The translations under genes and the position numbers were made by a program. Below the pieces are notes generated by a model. The model had not been told where the DNA came from. It searched no databases and worked only from the letters and a program-made list of their open reading frames with translations. Positions 1 to 8,657 of a DNA stretch of 64,000 bases are shown here, piece by piece. Location: contig JAULYE010000010.1 of NCBI GenBank assembly GCA_032118015.1, positions 5,113 to 69,112 on the forward strand, read 5' to 3'. The first letter of the stretch is position 1. Every line of letters starts with the position of its first letter. This DNA comes from Ilumatobacteraceae bacterium (GTDB lineage: Bacteria; Actinomycetota; Acidimicrobiia; Acidimicrobiales; Ilumatobacteraceae).

Positions 1-1054
1 CATCGGTAATCCGGGTCCCGGGCTCGAGATATGCGAACGGTCCGATGTGCGCATCGTCTCCGATGACAGCCTCGACGGCCACGGTCGAGTCCACCGTGGT
101 GCGCTGTCCCACTTGGCAGTCGACCAGCCTGGTGTTCGGTCCGATCTCGGATCCTGATCCGATGACGGTTCGGCCCTGCAAGATGGTGCCGGGCAGCAGT
201 GACACGTCCTGGCCGATCTCGACGTCGATATCGATGAAGGTTTGGTGGGGATCGAACATCGTCACACCGTTGAGCAGCCAACGCCGGTTCGTGCGCGACC
301 GTAACTCCTGCTCGGCAAGTGCCAATTGCCAGCGATCGTTGACGCCTTGGGTCTCCTCGATGTCGGCACGCACTGCACCGATGCGATGGCCCATGCCGGC
401 GAGTACAGAGATGACATCGGTGAGGTAGTACTCGGCTTGGGAATTCTGCGGCGAGACATGGCGCAGCGCCGGACCGAGAAGATCGCGGCGAAACGCATAG
501 ATCGACGTATTGATCTCGTGGATCTCGAGTTCCTCACGGGAGGCATCGCGGTGCTCCACGATGCGTACGACACGACCGTCTTTCGCTCGTACGACGCGCC
601 CGTACCCAGTGGCATCATCCATGTGTGACACGAGGACTGTCGCAGCAAGGGCATTCGATTCGTGATGAGTGACGAGATCGTCGATGGTCTCTTTGCGCAA
701 CAGCGGAGTGTCTCCGGGGACAACAACGATCGTCGAGGTGTCGTCGATCTCGTCCTCGACGAGTTCGTCGAGTCGGGCAAGCCCGACGCTCACGGCATCG
801 CCAGTACCGCGCTGAACCCGCTGCTCGGCGAAGCGGATGTCACGACGGTCGGACAGATCGCTCGAGATGCGAGCCGTCACCTGATCGGCACCATGTCCGA
901 CGACCACGATCGTCTGCGTGGGCTGCACGGCATCGAGGGCATGGATCACGTGCAACACCATCGGGCGACCACAGATGGGATGCAGGGGTTTGGGGCGTTG
1001 CGAACGCATCCGAGTCCCCTCTCCAGCAGCCAGAACAATGGCATACAGCGGCAT
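1..1054 (-). CDS. glmU: GlmU, bifunctional GlcNAc-1-P uridyltransferase / GlcN-1-P acetyltransferase (N-terminal ~350 aa; C-terminus runs off the left edge)
   Basis: Absent from the ORF track because there is no stop in the window. Reverse translation from ATG at 1054 gives MPLYAIVLAAGEGTRMRSQRPKPLHPICGRPMV... (LAAGxGTRM motif). Towards nt 1 it continues into hexapeptide left-handed beta-helix repeats (IGSGSEIGPNTRLVDCQVG...). Confidence 0.9.
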   Translation of the reverse strand, partial: MPLYAIVLAAGEGTRMRSQRPKPLHPICGRPMVLHVIHALDAVQPTQTIVVVGHGADQVTARISSDLSDRRDIRFAEQRVQRGTGDAVSVGLARLDELVEDEIDDTSTIVVVPGDTPLLRKETIDDLVTHHESNALAATVLVSHMDDATGYGRVVRAKDGRVVRIVEHRDASREELEIHEINTSIYAFRRDLLGPALRHVSPQNSQAEYYLTDVISVLAGMGHRIGAVRADIEETQGVNDRWQLALAEQELRSRTNRRWLLNGVTMFDPHQTFIDIDVEIGQDVSLLPGTILQGRTVIGSGSEIGPNTRLVDCQVGQRTTVDSTVAVEAVIGDDAHIGPFAYLEPGTRITD

Positions 1055-1094
1055 CGCGATCTCCGTTCGGCGGGGCTTTGACTGGTTGTGTCTG

Positions 1095-1165
1095 CTCCGG
1101 GGAGAGGGCTCGAACCCCTATTCGCGGAATCAAAATCCGCTGTCCTACCATTGGACGACCCCGGA
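1095..1165 (-). tRNA. tRNA-Gln (anticodon UUG)
   Basis: Reverse strand TCCGGGGTCGTCCAATGGTAGGACAGCGGATTTTGATTCCGCGAATAGGGGTTCGAGCCCTCTCCCCGGAG folds as a cloverleaf. Acceptor is TCCGGGG/CCCCGGA, anticodon stem GCGGA/TCCGC, loop TTTTGAT, T-loop TTCGAGC. CCA is not encoded. Confidence 0.85.
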
Positions 1166-1285
1166 ATGGGCGACGACCGAGAGGTGGGACCACCTCTGCG
1201 CTCGTTCTGACGCCTCAAACCTATCGGCGTTGGGACTCACGCCTGCGACTCGCTAGCGTGGGGAGCCTGTCATTGGAGAGGTCCT

Positions 1286-1378
1286 ATGGGTTCGTTGATC
1301 AAGAAGCGTCGTAAGCGGATGCGCAAGAAGAAGCACAAGAAGATGCTCCGACGCACCCGTCACCAGCGTCGCAAGTAG
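1286..1378 (+). CDS. Actinobacterial small ribosomal protein bS22 (30 aa, extremely basic)
   Basis: ATG at 1286 to TAG at 1376-1378 gives MGSLIKKRRKRMRKKKHKKMLRRTRHQRRK. This closely matches the conserved MGSVIKKRRKRM.KKKH.K.LRRTR.QRR peptide of mycobacterial bS22. It is too short for the ORF track. Confidence 0.8.
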   Translation: MGSLIKKRRKRMRKKKHKKMLRRTRHQRRK

Positions 1379-1429
1379 TCGTCCACGGCGTGTTGCCGGG
1401 TGCAATCGCGTCCATCTCGACGGTCGTGA

Positions 1430-3190
1430 TCATGAGTTCGTGCTCATGAGTTCGTGCTCAGTGCCTCGCGTGACGACGACGAGCACTTGTGCGTCGGCAA
1501 GCGCATCGCTCAGCCTCGAGTGATCGCCGGGAACGAACCACGTCGCTCCACTTCCAGCAAGTGTCGGCCGGAGACCGCACGCATCCTGAATGCGGTCTCG
1601 CCAAAGAGCCAAACGTGGCTCGACGTGAATCGCAGCCGGCTCGAGATCATTGCCGTTGTCTCCTGTCGGACCGCCGAGTTCGTCCCAGGCCGCGTAGACC
1701 GCCGGTGTGCTGACTCGCAGCGGCGGAATGATCAAGGTGAACGTTCGGTCCTCATGAGGCAGAGCCTGCACGATCTCACCGATGCCGCTGACGGCGGCCC
1801 GTCCGCCGTGAACACAAAATGGCACATCGGCGCCGATCGCCGCGCTGGCGATCACATCGTCTGAAGTCATACGTCCTGCCCAGCGAAAGATCGCGGCTGC
1901 ATCGGTCGAGCCTCCGCCGAGACCGCCGCCATGAGGGATGTTCTTGGTCACCGTGACATGCGCGGTGCGCCCGAGGAACCTGAGGGCTCGGTGCACGAGA
2001 TTCGTCTCGTCGACATCGATGCCCTCGGCATAGGGACCCTCGATGGCAAGGTGAATCGAGTCGGATGATTCAGATGACGGAGCTGTCGAATCCGATCCGG
2101 GCCGACTTGGCGTCGAGAGATCTGAACGTTCAGCACCTCGTCGCCCACGAATATGGATGTCATCGCACAGATCAAGGCTGACCATCTCGGCATCGATGAG
2201 GTGATATCCATCTGCTCGCACACCTGTGACACGCAGCGACAACGTCAATTTTGCTGGGGCCTCGATCACAACGTGTTCATCATGAACGTCATGAACGTCA
2301 TGAACATCATGAACATCATGAACGTCATGAACGTCATGTTCATCATGAACATCGTCTTCACGTCGTTCTGAACGACCCTCGATGCTCGTCACCAATCGAC
2401 CCCAGGCCTGAACGTCGAGTTCTTCTGGCCGTGCAGTTGGCGCGATACCCGCACGTTCGAAGTCGCCTGTGTCGGCGATGCCGGCCAAGGAACGGCGCAG
2501 CATCTTGCGGCGTTGGCCGAATGCGGTGCGCACGAGCGCGAACAGCGGTCGCGGGTCGACGTCGACAGGGGGTGAATGTCGTCGGGTGATCTCGATGATC
2601 GACGATGTGACCTTGGGTTGGGGCAAGAACACAGTTGGCGGCACATCGCCGAGAATCCGCGCCGTCGCCCAGTAGGCAACCTTGACGCTGACTGCCCCAT
2701 AGTCGGGCGAGCCTGCACCAGCGGCGAGCCGCAGCGCAACTTCGCGTTGCACCATGACGACGAAACGCGAGATCGCAGGCACGTCGTCGAGGAGGTCGGC
2801 GATCAAGGGTGTTGCCACGTTGTAGGGCAAGTTGGCGACCACCACAGCTGTGCGGCCCGTCGGAATCAGTGATTCCCAGTCGATGTCACGTGCATCGGCT
2901 TCGATGACGGTGACATTGGCCCGATCGGCGACAACTGTGCGCAACACGGGGGCAATGCCGTGATCAATTTCGATTGCGATCACATCGGCGCCGGTGTCAG
3001 CCAGAGCCAGTGTCAGCGATCCGAGTCCCGCTCCGATTTCGATCACGAGGTCGTTGGGTCCAACATGTGCCAATCGTGCGATACGTCGCACCGTGTTCGG
3101 ATCCACCACGAAGTTCTGACCGAATGAGCGCCGGGGTGACAACCCTGATTCGGCGAGGAGTCGAGTGATCTCCTGTCGGGAATGCGTCAC
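1430..3190 (-). CDS. rsmA-ispE: In-frame fusion of 16S rRNA dimethyladenosine transferase RsmA/KsgA (N-terminal) and 4-diphosphocytidyl-2-C-methyl-D-erythritol kinase IspE (C-terminal)
   Basis: ORF 1430..3259. The likely start is GTG at 3190 (VTHSRQEITRLL...) because the upstream gene ends at 3213. RsmA motifs: FGQNFVVD, EIGAGLGSLT, VVANLPYNV. After an (HDV)n linker, IspE motifs follow: APAKLTLSLRVTGVRADGYHLI, NIPHGGGLGGGSTDAAA, LAGSGATWF. There is no stop codon between the two halves. Confidence 0.8.
   Translation of the reverse strand: MTHSRQEITRLLAESGLSPRRSFGQNFVVDPNTVRRIARLAHVGPNDLVIEIGAGLGSLTLALADTGADVIAIEIDHGIAPVLRTVVADRANVTVIEADARDIDWESLIPTGRTAVVVANLPYNVATPLIADLLDDVPAISRFVVMVQREVALRLAAGAGSPDYGAVSVKVAYWATARILGDVPPTVFLPQPKVTSSIIEITRRHSPPVDVDPRPLFALVRTAFGQRRKMLRRSLAGIADTGDFERAGIAPTARPEELDVQAWGRLVTSIEGRSERREDDVHDEHDVHDVHDVHDVHDVHDVHDEHVVIEAPAKLTLSLRVTGVRADGYHLIDAEMVSLDLCDDIHIRGRRGAERSDLSTPSRPGSDSTAPSSESSDSIHLAIEGPYAEGIDVDETNLVHRALRFLGRTAHVTVTKNIPHGGGLGGGSTDAAAIFRWAGRMTSDDVIASAAIGADVPFCVHGGRAAVSGIGEIVQALPHEDRTFTLIIPPLRVSTPAVYAAWDELGGPTGDNGNDLEPAAIHVEPRLALWRDRIQDACGLRPTLAGSGATWFVPGDHSRLSDALADAQVLVVVTRGTEHELMSTNS
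1431..1458. repeat. 14-bp tandem duplication (catgagttcgtgct x2) at the ispE stop codon
   Basis: Direct reading: 1431-1444 is identical to 1445-1458. The unit is not a multiple of 3, and the second copy supplies the TGA stop. Confidence 0.9.
2272..2352. repeat. 9-bp tandem repeat (catgaacgt/catgaacat, about 9 units) encoding the (HDV)n linker
   Basis: Direct reading of 2272-2352. It translates on the minus strand as DDVHDEHDVHDVHDVHDVHDVHDVHDEH. Confidence 0.95.
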
Positions 3191-3212
3191 GTGTCGAGCC
3201 TGACGAACACGT

Positions 3213-3686
3213 TCAGAAAATGATGTCCACGGGCAACGGAGCATCCACGAGATCGGCAATCTCGAGAAACAGATCGGTGTGGATCACGATCGAAATGCCA
3301 GCGGCCAATGATTGGATGGACACGTTTTCGCACTTCACCGTACGTCCATTGTTCAGATTGCGAACTTCGATCTTGGCCCCGATGAGCGCCAGGGGAGTCG
3401 CACACGGTCGCAGACCGAACGTCTGGGGCCAGCGAATGAAGGACGCAATGCCCTTGGCGATCACATCTTCTGGTGGAGCCGGAACGTTCACCGTGATGAT
3501 GTCGGGCACGACGGAACTTCCCTGCACGGGCAGGAATGCCGGTGCTGCAGGCTCGTCTTGGGAGGCAACGGGTCTCGGGGTGGTTTGATCCGAGTCCGAG
3601 CCGCCGCCGAACAGCGCGAGTGGAAGCACGAGCACGGTCAGCGCGATGGCGACCACGAGGCGGCGGCGTTCGGCGATCGTCAACAT
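3213..3686 (-). CDS. Membrane-anchored secreted protein with an RlpA-like double-psi beta-barrel C-terminal domain (occupies the rpfB/yabE slot)
   Basis: Start taken at Met43 of ORF 3213..3812 (MLTIAERRRLVVAIALTVLVLPLALFGG = N-terminal TM), because tatD ends at 3700. The C-terminus LIGAKIEVRNLNNGRTVKCENV...IVIHTDLFLEIADL resembles an RlpA/DPBB fold. The domain call is tentative. Confidence 0.5.
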   Translation of the reverse strand: MLTIAERRRLVVAIALTVLVLPLALFGGGSDSDQTTPRPVASQDEPAAPAFLPVQGSSVVPDIITVNVPAPPEDVIAKGIASFIRWPQTFGLRPCATPLALIGAKIEVRNLNNGRTVKCENVSIQSLAAGISIVIHTDLFLEIADLVDAPLPVDIIF

Positions 3687-3699
3687 TGTTGTCGTCAGG

Positions 3700-4521
3700 C
3701 TATGAACCGAGTCCTGGAAAGGCAATGCGGGCATTGTTCGATGTGAGATGTGCGACGCCGCTGGGCTCGGAGTTGCGCAATCGGGCGATGTGGGCACCGA
3801 CGAGAGCGACATTTTCCGGTCGATTCGGCTGGCCGCGCTTGGGAACCGGGGCGAGATACGGGCTGTCGGTCTCGACGAGAAGGCGGTTCTCGGGGCACAT
3901 CACGGCAGCTTCGGCAACGTCAGTCGCGCTCTTGAACGTCACGATGCCCGAGAAACTCAAGAATGCACCAAGATCGAGGCAGCGCCGTGCTTCTTCGGGG
4001 CCTCCGGTGAAGCAGTGGAAGATGGTGCGCTCGGGCACACCCTCGGCGATCAGCACATCGAACGTGTCGTCCCAGGCATCACGGGTGTGGATGATCAGGG
4101 GTAGGTCGAGGTCGTGGGCGATCGCGATCTGCTCTGCGAAGGCGATTTTTTGTACGTCACGCGGCGAGTGGTCGTAGTAGTAGTCGAGGCCGGCTTCACC
4201 GACAGCGATCACTTTCTTCCACGACAACAGATCACGGATCGAGTCCACGCCAAGCGAAGCTTCATGTGGATGTAGCCCGACGGATGCCCACACGTTGTCA
4301 TGGGCAGAAGCAACTTCGATGGCACGCTGTGATGAGGCGCGATCGCAGCCGACGGTGATGAATGCAGTCACTCCTGCTGCGTGTGCTGCGTCGAGAACCT
4401 CGTCGACTGCTCCCATGTCGAGATCGCGCTCACGTGTCGCATCGATCCCTGTCTGGATAGCCGCGCGAGCCGGTTCGCTCGAAACTCGATAATCGAGATG
4501 ACAGTGCGTGTCGGTCCACAT
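3700..4521 (-). CDS. tatD: TatD-family metal-dependent hydrolase (DNase)
   Basis: MWTDTHCHLDY... N-terminus, with HPHEA, GEAGLDYYY and IHTRDA motifs. Position between metG and rsmA matches other Actinobacteria and Firmicutes. Confidence 0.9.
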   Translation of the reverse strand: MWTDTHCHLDYRVSSEPARAAIQTGIDATRERDLDMGAVDEVLDAAHAAGVTAFITVGCDRASSQRAIEVASAHDNVWASVGLHPHEASLGVDSIRDLLSWKKVIAVGEAGLDYYYDHSPRDVQKIAFAEQIAIAHDLDLPLIIHTRDAWDDTFDVLIAEGVPERTIFHCFTGGPEEARRCLDLGAFLSFSGIVTFKSATDVAEAAVMCPENRLLVETDSPYLAPVPKRGQPNRPENVALVGAHIARLRNSEPSGVAHLTSNNARIAFPGLGS

Positions 4522-4526
4522 GATTT

Positions 4527-4571
4527 AGATATTCACAGTCGAGATATTCACAGTCGAGATCTTGACCTGAT
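4527..4571. repeat. 15-bp tandem repeat (agatattcacagtcg x2 plus a degenerate third unit) filling the metG-tatD intergenic gap
   Basis: 4527-4541 is identical to 4542-4556. 4557-4571 is a diverged copy (agatcttgacctgat). Confidence 0.85.
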
Positions 4572-6233
4572 TCACGACACCTGACGTCGCGGAAACAACG
4601 GTTCACCCTTGTCGAGAGGGTGCCCGCCCGTGAATTGACCCCATGTCGCGGCATCGGGCAGACGCTGATCAGCGACGTTGCCCCTCATCCCGATGCGTTC
4701 CCACACGGTTTGTGCTGTCATCGGAATCGCCGGTGACACGAGAATGGCAACGATCCGCAGTGCTTCGAGAGCATCGCCCATGACAGCGTCGACGTGTGCG
4801 CCGGGTTCGGCCTTCCATGGTTCCTTTGTCTCGAGATATGCGTTCGTCGCCCGAATCAACTGCCAGGTCGCTTCGAGTGCTCGACTCGGCTGGACATCGG
4901 CCCAACGTGCCATCGTCTCGGTGACGCTGTCGCTCGCGGCTCGAGCAAGCGGACTGTCCGCACGTGGTGACGGAGCTATGCCATTGCACTTCTTTCCGAC
5001 AACCGTTGTGACGCGGCTCAGCAAATTGCCGAGATTGTTGGCCAGATCCGCGTTGAACCGTCCGATCAGTCCTTCATAGGTGAAGTCACCGTCTGCTCCG
5101 TATGGAGTCTCTGCCAGGACGTAGTAGCGGAAGCCGTCGAGTCCGATGTCGTCGATCAATTCGAGCGGGTTGACAACATTGCCGGTGGTCTTGGACATCT
5201 TCTCGCCACCGACGAGCAGCCACCCACCGACAGCCCATCCGCGTGGCGGTTCGATACCAGCCGACATCAGCATTGCTGGCCAGTACACACAGTGGAAGCG
5301 GATGATGTCCTTGCCGATCAGGTGATAGTCGACCGGCCACAGCGACTCGAATCGCTCGTCGTCGGTGCCATATCCGATAGCAGTGATGTAATTGGCGAGT
5401 GCATCGAACCACACGTATGTGATGTGCTTTTCATCCCACGGCAGGGGGATGCCCCAGGAGAAACTGGTGCGGCTGATGCTGAAGTCGAGCAGGCCCTGTT
5501 TGATGAAGCCGATGACTTCGTTCATGCGATAGTCGGGAACGATGCTCGTGGGGTGGTCTGCGTACCACTGCAGCAATCGGTTCCCGTACCGAGACAGGCG
5601 GAAGAAGTAGTTCTCCTCTTCGACGTGATCGACGGGCTTTTTGTGAATCGGGCAGTTGCCCTCGACGAGGTCGTCATCGACGTAGTACGCCTCACATGCC
5701 ACGCAGTACAAACCGCGATAGGTGTCGAGTTCGATGTCGCCGGCGTCGTAACAGGCTTGCAGAAGCTTCTGAACGCCGAGACGATGCCGTTGTTCAGTGG
5801 TGCGAATGAAGTCGTCGTTGCTGATGTTCAACTTCGACCAGGCGTCTGCGAAGAGCGGAGCAATCGAGTCGGCAAAGGACTGCGGGTCCATACCCGCGGC
5901 ATCGGCAGCCTGTTGGATCTTCAGGCCGTGTTCATCGGTGCCAGTGAGGAAGTGCACAGTTTCCCCGAGTAGCCGGTGCCAGCGGGCAAGAGCGTCACCG
6001 ACGATCGTCGTGTAGGCGTGGCCGAGGTGAGGTTTGGCATTGACGTAATAAATAGGTGTCGTCGCGTAGAACGTGCCGCGAGTCGTCGAGTGTTCGGTCG
6101 ACTGAGTCGTCGAGTGTTCGGTCGACTGAGTCGTCGAGTGTGCTTCGTCACTGGTCACCCGGAGCAGGCTACGACCTCGGGGCAAGAGGCACAGGGATGA
6201 ATTCGCGCTGAAACGCTGCGTTTTGCTAGCCAA
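4572..6233 (-). CDS. metG: Methionyl-tRNA synthetase with an N-terminal repeat extension
   Basis: TPIYYVNAKPHLGHAYT (HIGH-type) and KMSKTTGNVV (KMSKS) motifs. The start is ATG at 6233 or GTG at 6158. Both lie upstream of the STEHSTTQ repeats, which contain no start codon. Confidence 0.9.
   Translation of the reverse strand: MASKTQRFSANSSLCLLPRGRSLLRVTSDEAHSTTQSTEHSTTQSTEHSTTRGTFYATTPIYYVNAKPHLGHAYTTIVGDALARWHRLLGETVHFLTGTDEHGLKIQQAADAAGMDPQSFADSIAPLFADAWSKLNISNDDFIRTTEQRHRLGVQKLLQACYDAGDIELDTYRGLYCVACEAYYVDDDLVEGNCPIHKKPVDHVEEENYFFRLSRYGNRLLQWYADHPTSIVPDYRMNEVIGFIKQGLLDFSISRTSFSWGIPLPWDEKHITYVWFDALANYITAIGYGTDDERFESLWPVDYHLIGKDIIRFHCVYWPAMLMSAGIEPPRGWAVGGWLLVGGEKMSKTTGNVVNPLELIDDIGLDGFRYYVLAETPYGADGDFTYEGLIGRFNADLANNLGNLLSRVTTVVGKKCNGIAPSPRADSPLARAASDSVTETMARWADVQPSRALEATWQLIRATNAYLETKEPWKAEPGAHVDAVMGDALEALRIVAILVSPAIPMTAQTVWERIGMRGNVADQRLPDAATWGQFTGGHPLDKGEPLFPRRQVS
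6081..6143. repeat. 24-bp in-frame tandem repeat (2 full units plus a partial one) inside the metG 5' end
   Basis: agtcgtcgagtgttcggtcgactg at 6081-6104 and 6105-6128, with a partial unit at 6129-6143. It encodes QSTEHSTT QSTEHSTT on the minus strand. Confidence 0.9.
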
Positions 6234-6238
6234 GGTGC

Positions 6239-7150
6239 ATGGGTTCTCGGCCTGCTGACTTCGATTTCGACCGCTCGACGCAGGTCGTTCGCCGTGGGAT
6301 GTCGGCGGGACCAGGGCTTCGTGATCCTGGAGTCACGTCGTTCGATGTCACGTCGTTCGATGTCACGTCGTTCGATGTCACGTCGTTTGATGTAATAGTC
6401 CACGACGGCTGGGACATCATGGGTAACGCCAACGGCGGATACGTGATGGCGATCATTGCTCGGGCTCTCACCGAGGTCACGGGGCGACCCGACTGCATCA
6501 CCGTGACTTGTCATTACCTTGCGCCGTGTCCCGCAGGTCCCGCAGTGGTGGAAGTCGTGCCGGTGCGTGCCGGTCGTCGATTCGCAACTGCGACTGCGAC
6601 CATGTGGCGCGAAGTGGACGGAGTACGCAAAGTCATCGCCCAAGTGATGGCGACGATGGGTGATCTGGAGAAGGACCCTGGCGGTCCGACATCCATGGCC
6701 GGGGGACCGTCTCCCATCCCGTCGTATGAGGAATGTCTGAGTTTTGGTGGGCCGAACGATGCAGCGTCGCCTGCTCTGCACACTCGTTTGGCGACTCGAT
6801 TTCATCCCGACGATGTCGGGTTCCGTGATGGGCATCGCAGTGGGCGGGGATTGATCCGCGGCTGGTTTGCATTTCGTGATGATCGTCCGATCGATGCGCT
6901 TGCGCTGTTGTTGGCCAGCGATGCGTTTCCACCAGCGGTGTTCAATCTGGATGTTGCGACCAACTGGGTGCCGACGGTCGAGTTGACCGTGCACGTACGT
7001 GCCATTCCCGCACCTGGACCGGTGCAGTGCTCGTTCGAGACGCGGTATCTCCAGAACGGTTTGCTCGACGAAGATGGCGAGATCTGGGACTCGGGCGGAG
7101 TGCTGGTTGCCCAGAGCCGACAGCTGGCACTGGCCCCGCGCGCTGGTTGA
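6239..7150 (+). CDS. Thioesterase-like superfamily protein (TesB/4HBT_3-like acyl-CoA thioesterase) with a (VTSFD)4 insert
   Basis: ADFDFDRSTQV...WDIMGNANGGYVMAIIARAL is typical of the N-terminus of double hot-dog thioesterase-like proteins. Length is 303 aa. Confidence 0.6.
   Translation: MGSRPADFDFDRSTQVVRRGMSAGPGLRDPGVTSFDVTSFDVTSFDVTSFDVIVHDGWDIMGNANGGYVMAIIARALTEVTGRPDCITVTCHYLAPCPAGPAVVEVVPVRAGRRFATATATMWREVDGVRKVIAQVMATMGDLEKDPGGPTSMAGGPSPIPSYEECLSFGGPNDAASPALHTRLATRFHPDDVGFRDGHRSGRGLIRGWFAFRDDRPIDALALLLASDAFPPAVFNLDVATNWVPTVELTVHVRAIPAPGPVQCSFETRYLQNGLLDEDGEIWDSGGVLVAQSRQLALAPRAG
6332..6391. repeat. 15-bp in-frame tandem repeat x4 (gtcacgtcgttcgat) encoding VTSFD x4
   Basis: Units at 6332, 6347, 6362 and 6377. 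The last unit has one substitution. Confidence 0.95.
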
Positions 7151-7274
7151 CGGCCTACGGGATGATGCCGAGACAGACCATCTGACGGTGTTCTGACGTT
7201 TGGTCGCTCGTCGTTGCGATGCCGAAATGTAAGTCTCGGTTCTGAGATCTCGCCAGTGTCCTGGTGCCGTGTCG

Positions 7275-8609
7275 TCACACGGATATGTGATTCGGCGGTC
7301 GGGCATCGAGTTGGCGTGAGCCGGCTCTGAGTTTCAGTGTCCAGCCGCCTTCGTGGGCGGCGTGATGATGCCGGGAACACAGCGGAACCATGTTTGCAAG
7401 GTCGGTCGGTCCGCCGGTTTCCCAGTACTCGATGTGGTGGATCTGGCAGGCGTGAAACGCAACTGCACATCCATCGAACGCACACGTGTCGTGCGTTGCT
7501 TCGAGAGCTCGACGCTGGCTCGCCGAGGCGAGTCGTTGGGATCGGCCGATGTCGAGGGGCATTCCGGCACCGTTCAGTACCAACGGAATGATGTTTGCAT
7601 CACAGGCGATGCGGCGGATCGTTTCGACGGGCAGATCGGCTCCGAAGGCTGTGCGGTGAGTCGACGATGCTGACAGTCCGGATGTGAGTGTCTCGAGGTC
7701 GATGTGCACGATCACATCGGCTCGGCAGGAACCACCTGTCCGCGCTGTGCCAGATCGTGAGGGTGATGTGCGTCCGCCGGGCCGGGAGCAGCCATCGAGA
7801 TCGTCGGCACTATCACCGGCGTGATCGTCAGTGACGAGTGCGACCAGCGCGTGTGCCCGACGGAAATCGTTGGCATCCACCCAGGGATGATGCACGACAG
7901 GCACATCTCGGTCACCCGAGTGGAACATGGTCTCCACCTGGGCGTGCAGCCGAGACTGCAACACAGCCCCGATTTCCGGATCGAAGGATCCGCGCACGTT
8001 CACCATTCCGGCCGCGTCGTTCCAGATCTTCAGATACGTCGATCGACGTTGATCTTCGAATACGGACAGCCCGCCGTCGGTGACGACACTCTTGGCTGCC
8101 TTGTTCACGGCATCAGCGAATGCGGGAACCGACATCTCACCAGCTACCTCCACCAAACCAGGCACCAGACCCATGAACGCGTCCCGTGATTCTCCGGCGA
8201 TCTTCAACCCGCGTGAGATCGCATCCACATGCCCAGCCGACAGATCACCTGCCGTCAATGCATCCCCGACAATCGGCGCGTCATCGATGACGTTCACGCG
8301 TTTGAGCACATCCAACGCCTCGCGCCTGGTCATGCCACCATGAGCAACGAGCTCGACCTCGGGAATGCTTCGCTCATGCGTGCCGACTTCTCTCGTGGAT
8401 TCCTCGATCCGACGGACAATGTCCACCACACGCCCGTCCAACGCCGAGCGCATCCGTCGAGCGTCTGCTAGCTCAATGCGCAGCTCTGGGAGCGTCAAGG
8501 AGTCCACGTCACGAAACTCCGGCAATCCGAACACAGCCGACAACGATTCACTGACCGACATCACACACCCCCTCCAACATGCTGGAAGACCAACCGTCAC
8601 CGGGTCCAT
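7275..8609 (-). mobile_element. DUF222 + HNH endonuclease protein (mycobacterial REP13E12-type repeat-element gene)
   Basis: The C-terminus CAFDGCAVAFHACQIHHIEYWETGGPTDLANMVPLCSRHHHAAHEGGW is an HNH nuclease motif. The long helical N-terminal region is DUF222-like. The real start is possibly Met17 (nt 8561, MSVSESLSAVFG). Confidence 0.8.
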
Positions 8610-8657
8610 TGCGAGAACTCATGGACCGAAACGACCGAAGTCGTGCCCCAACCCTGG

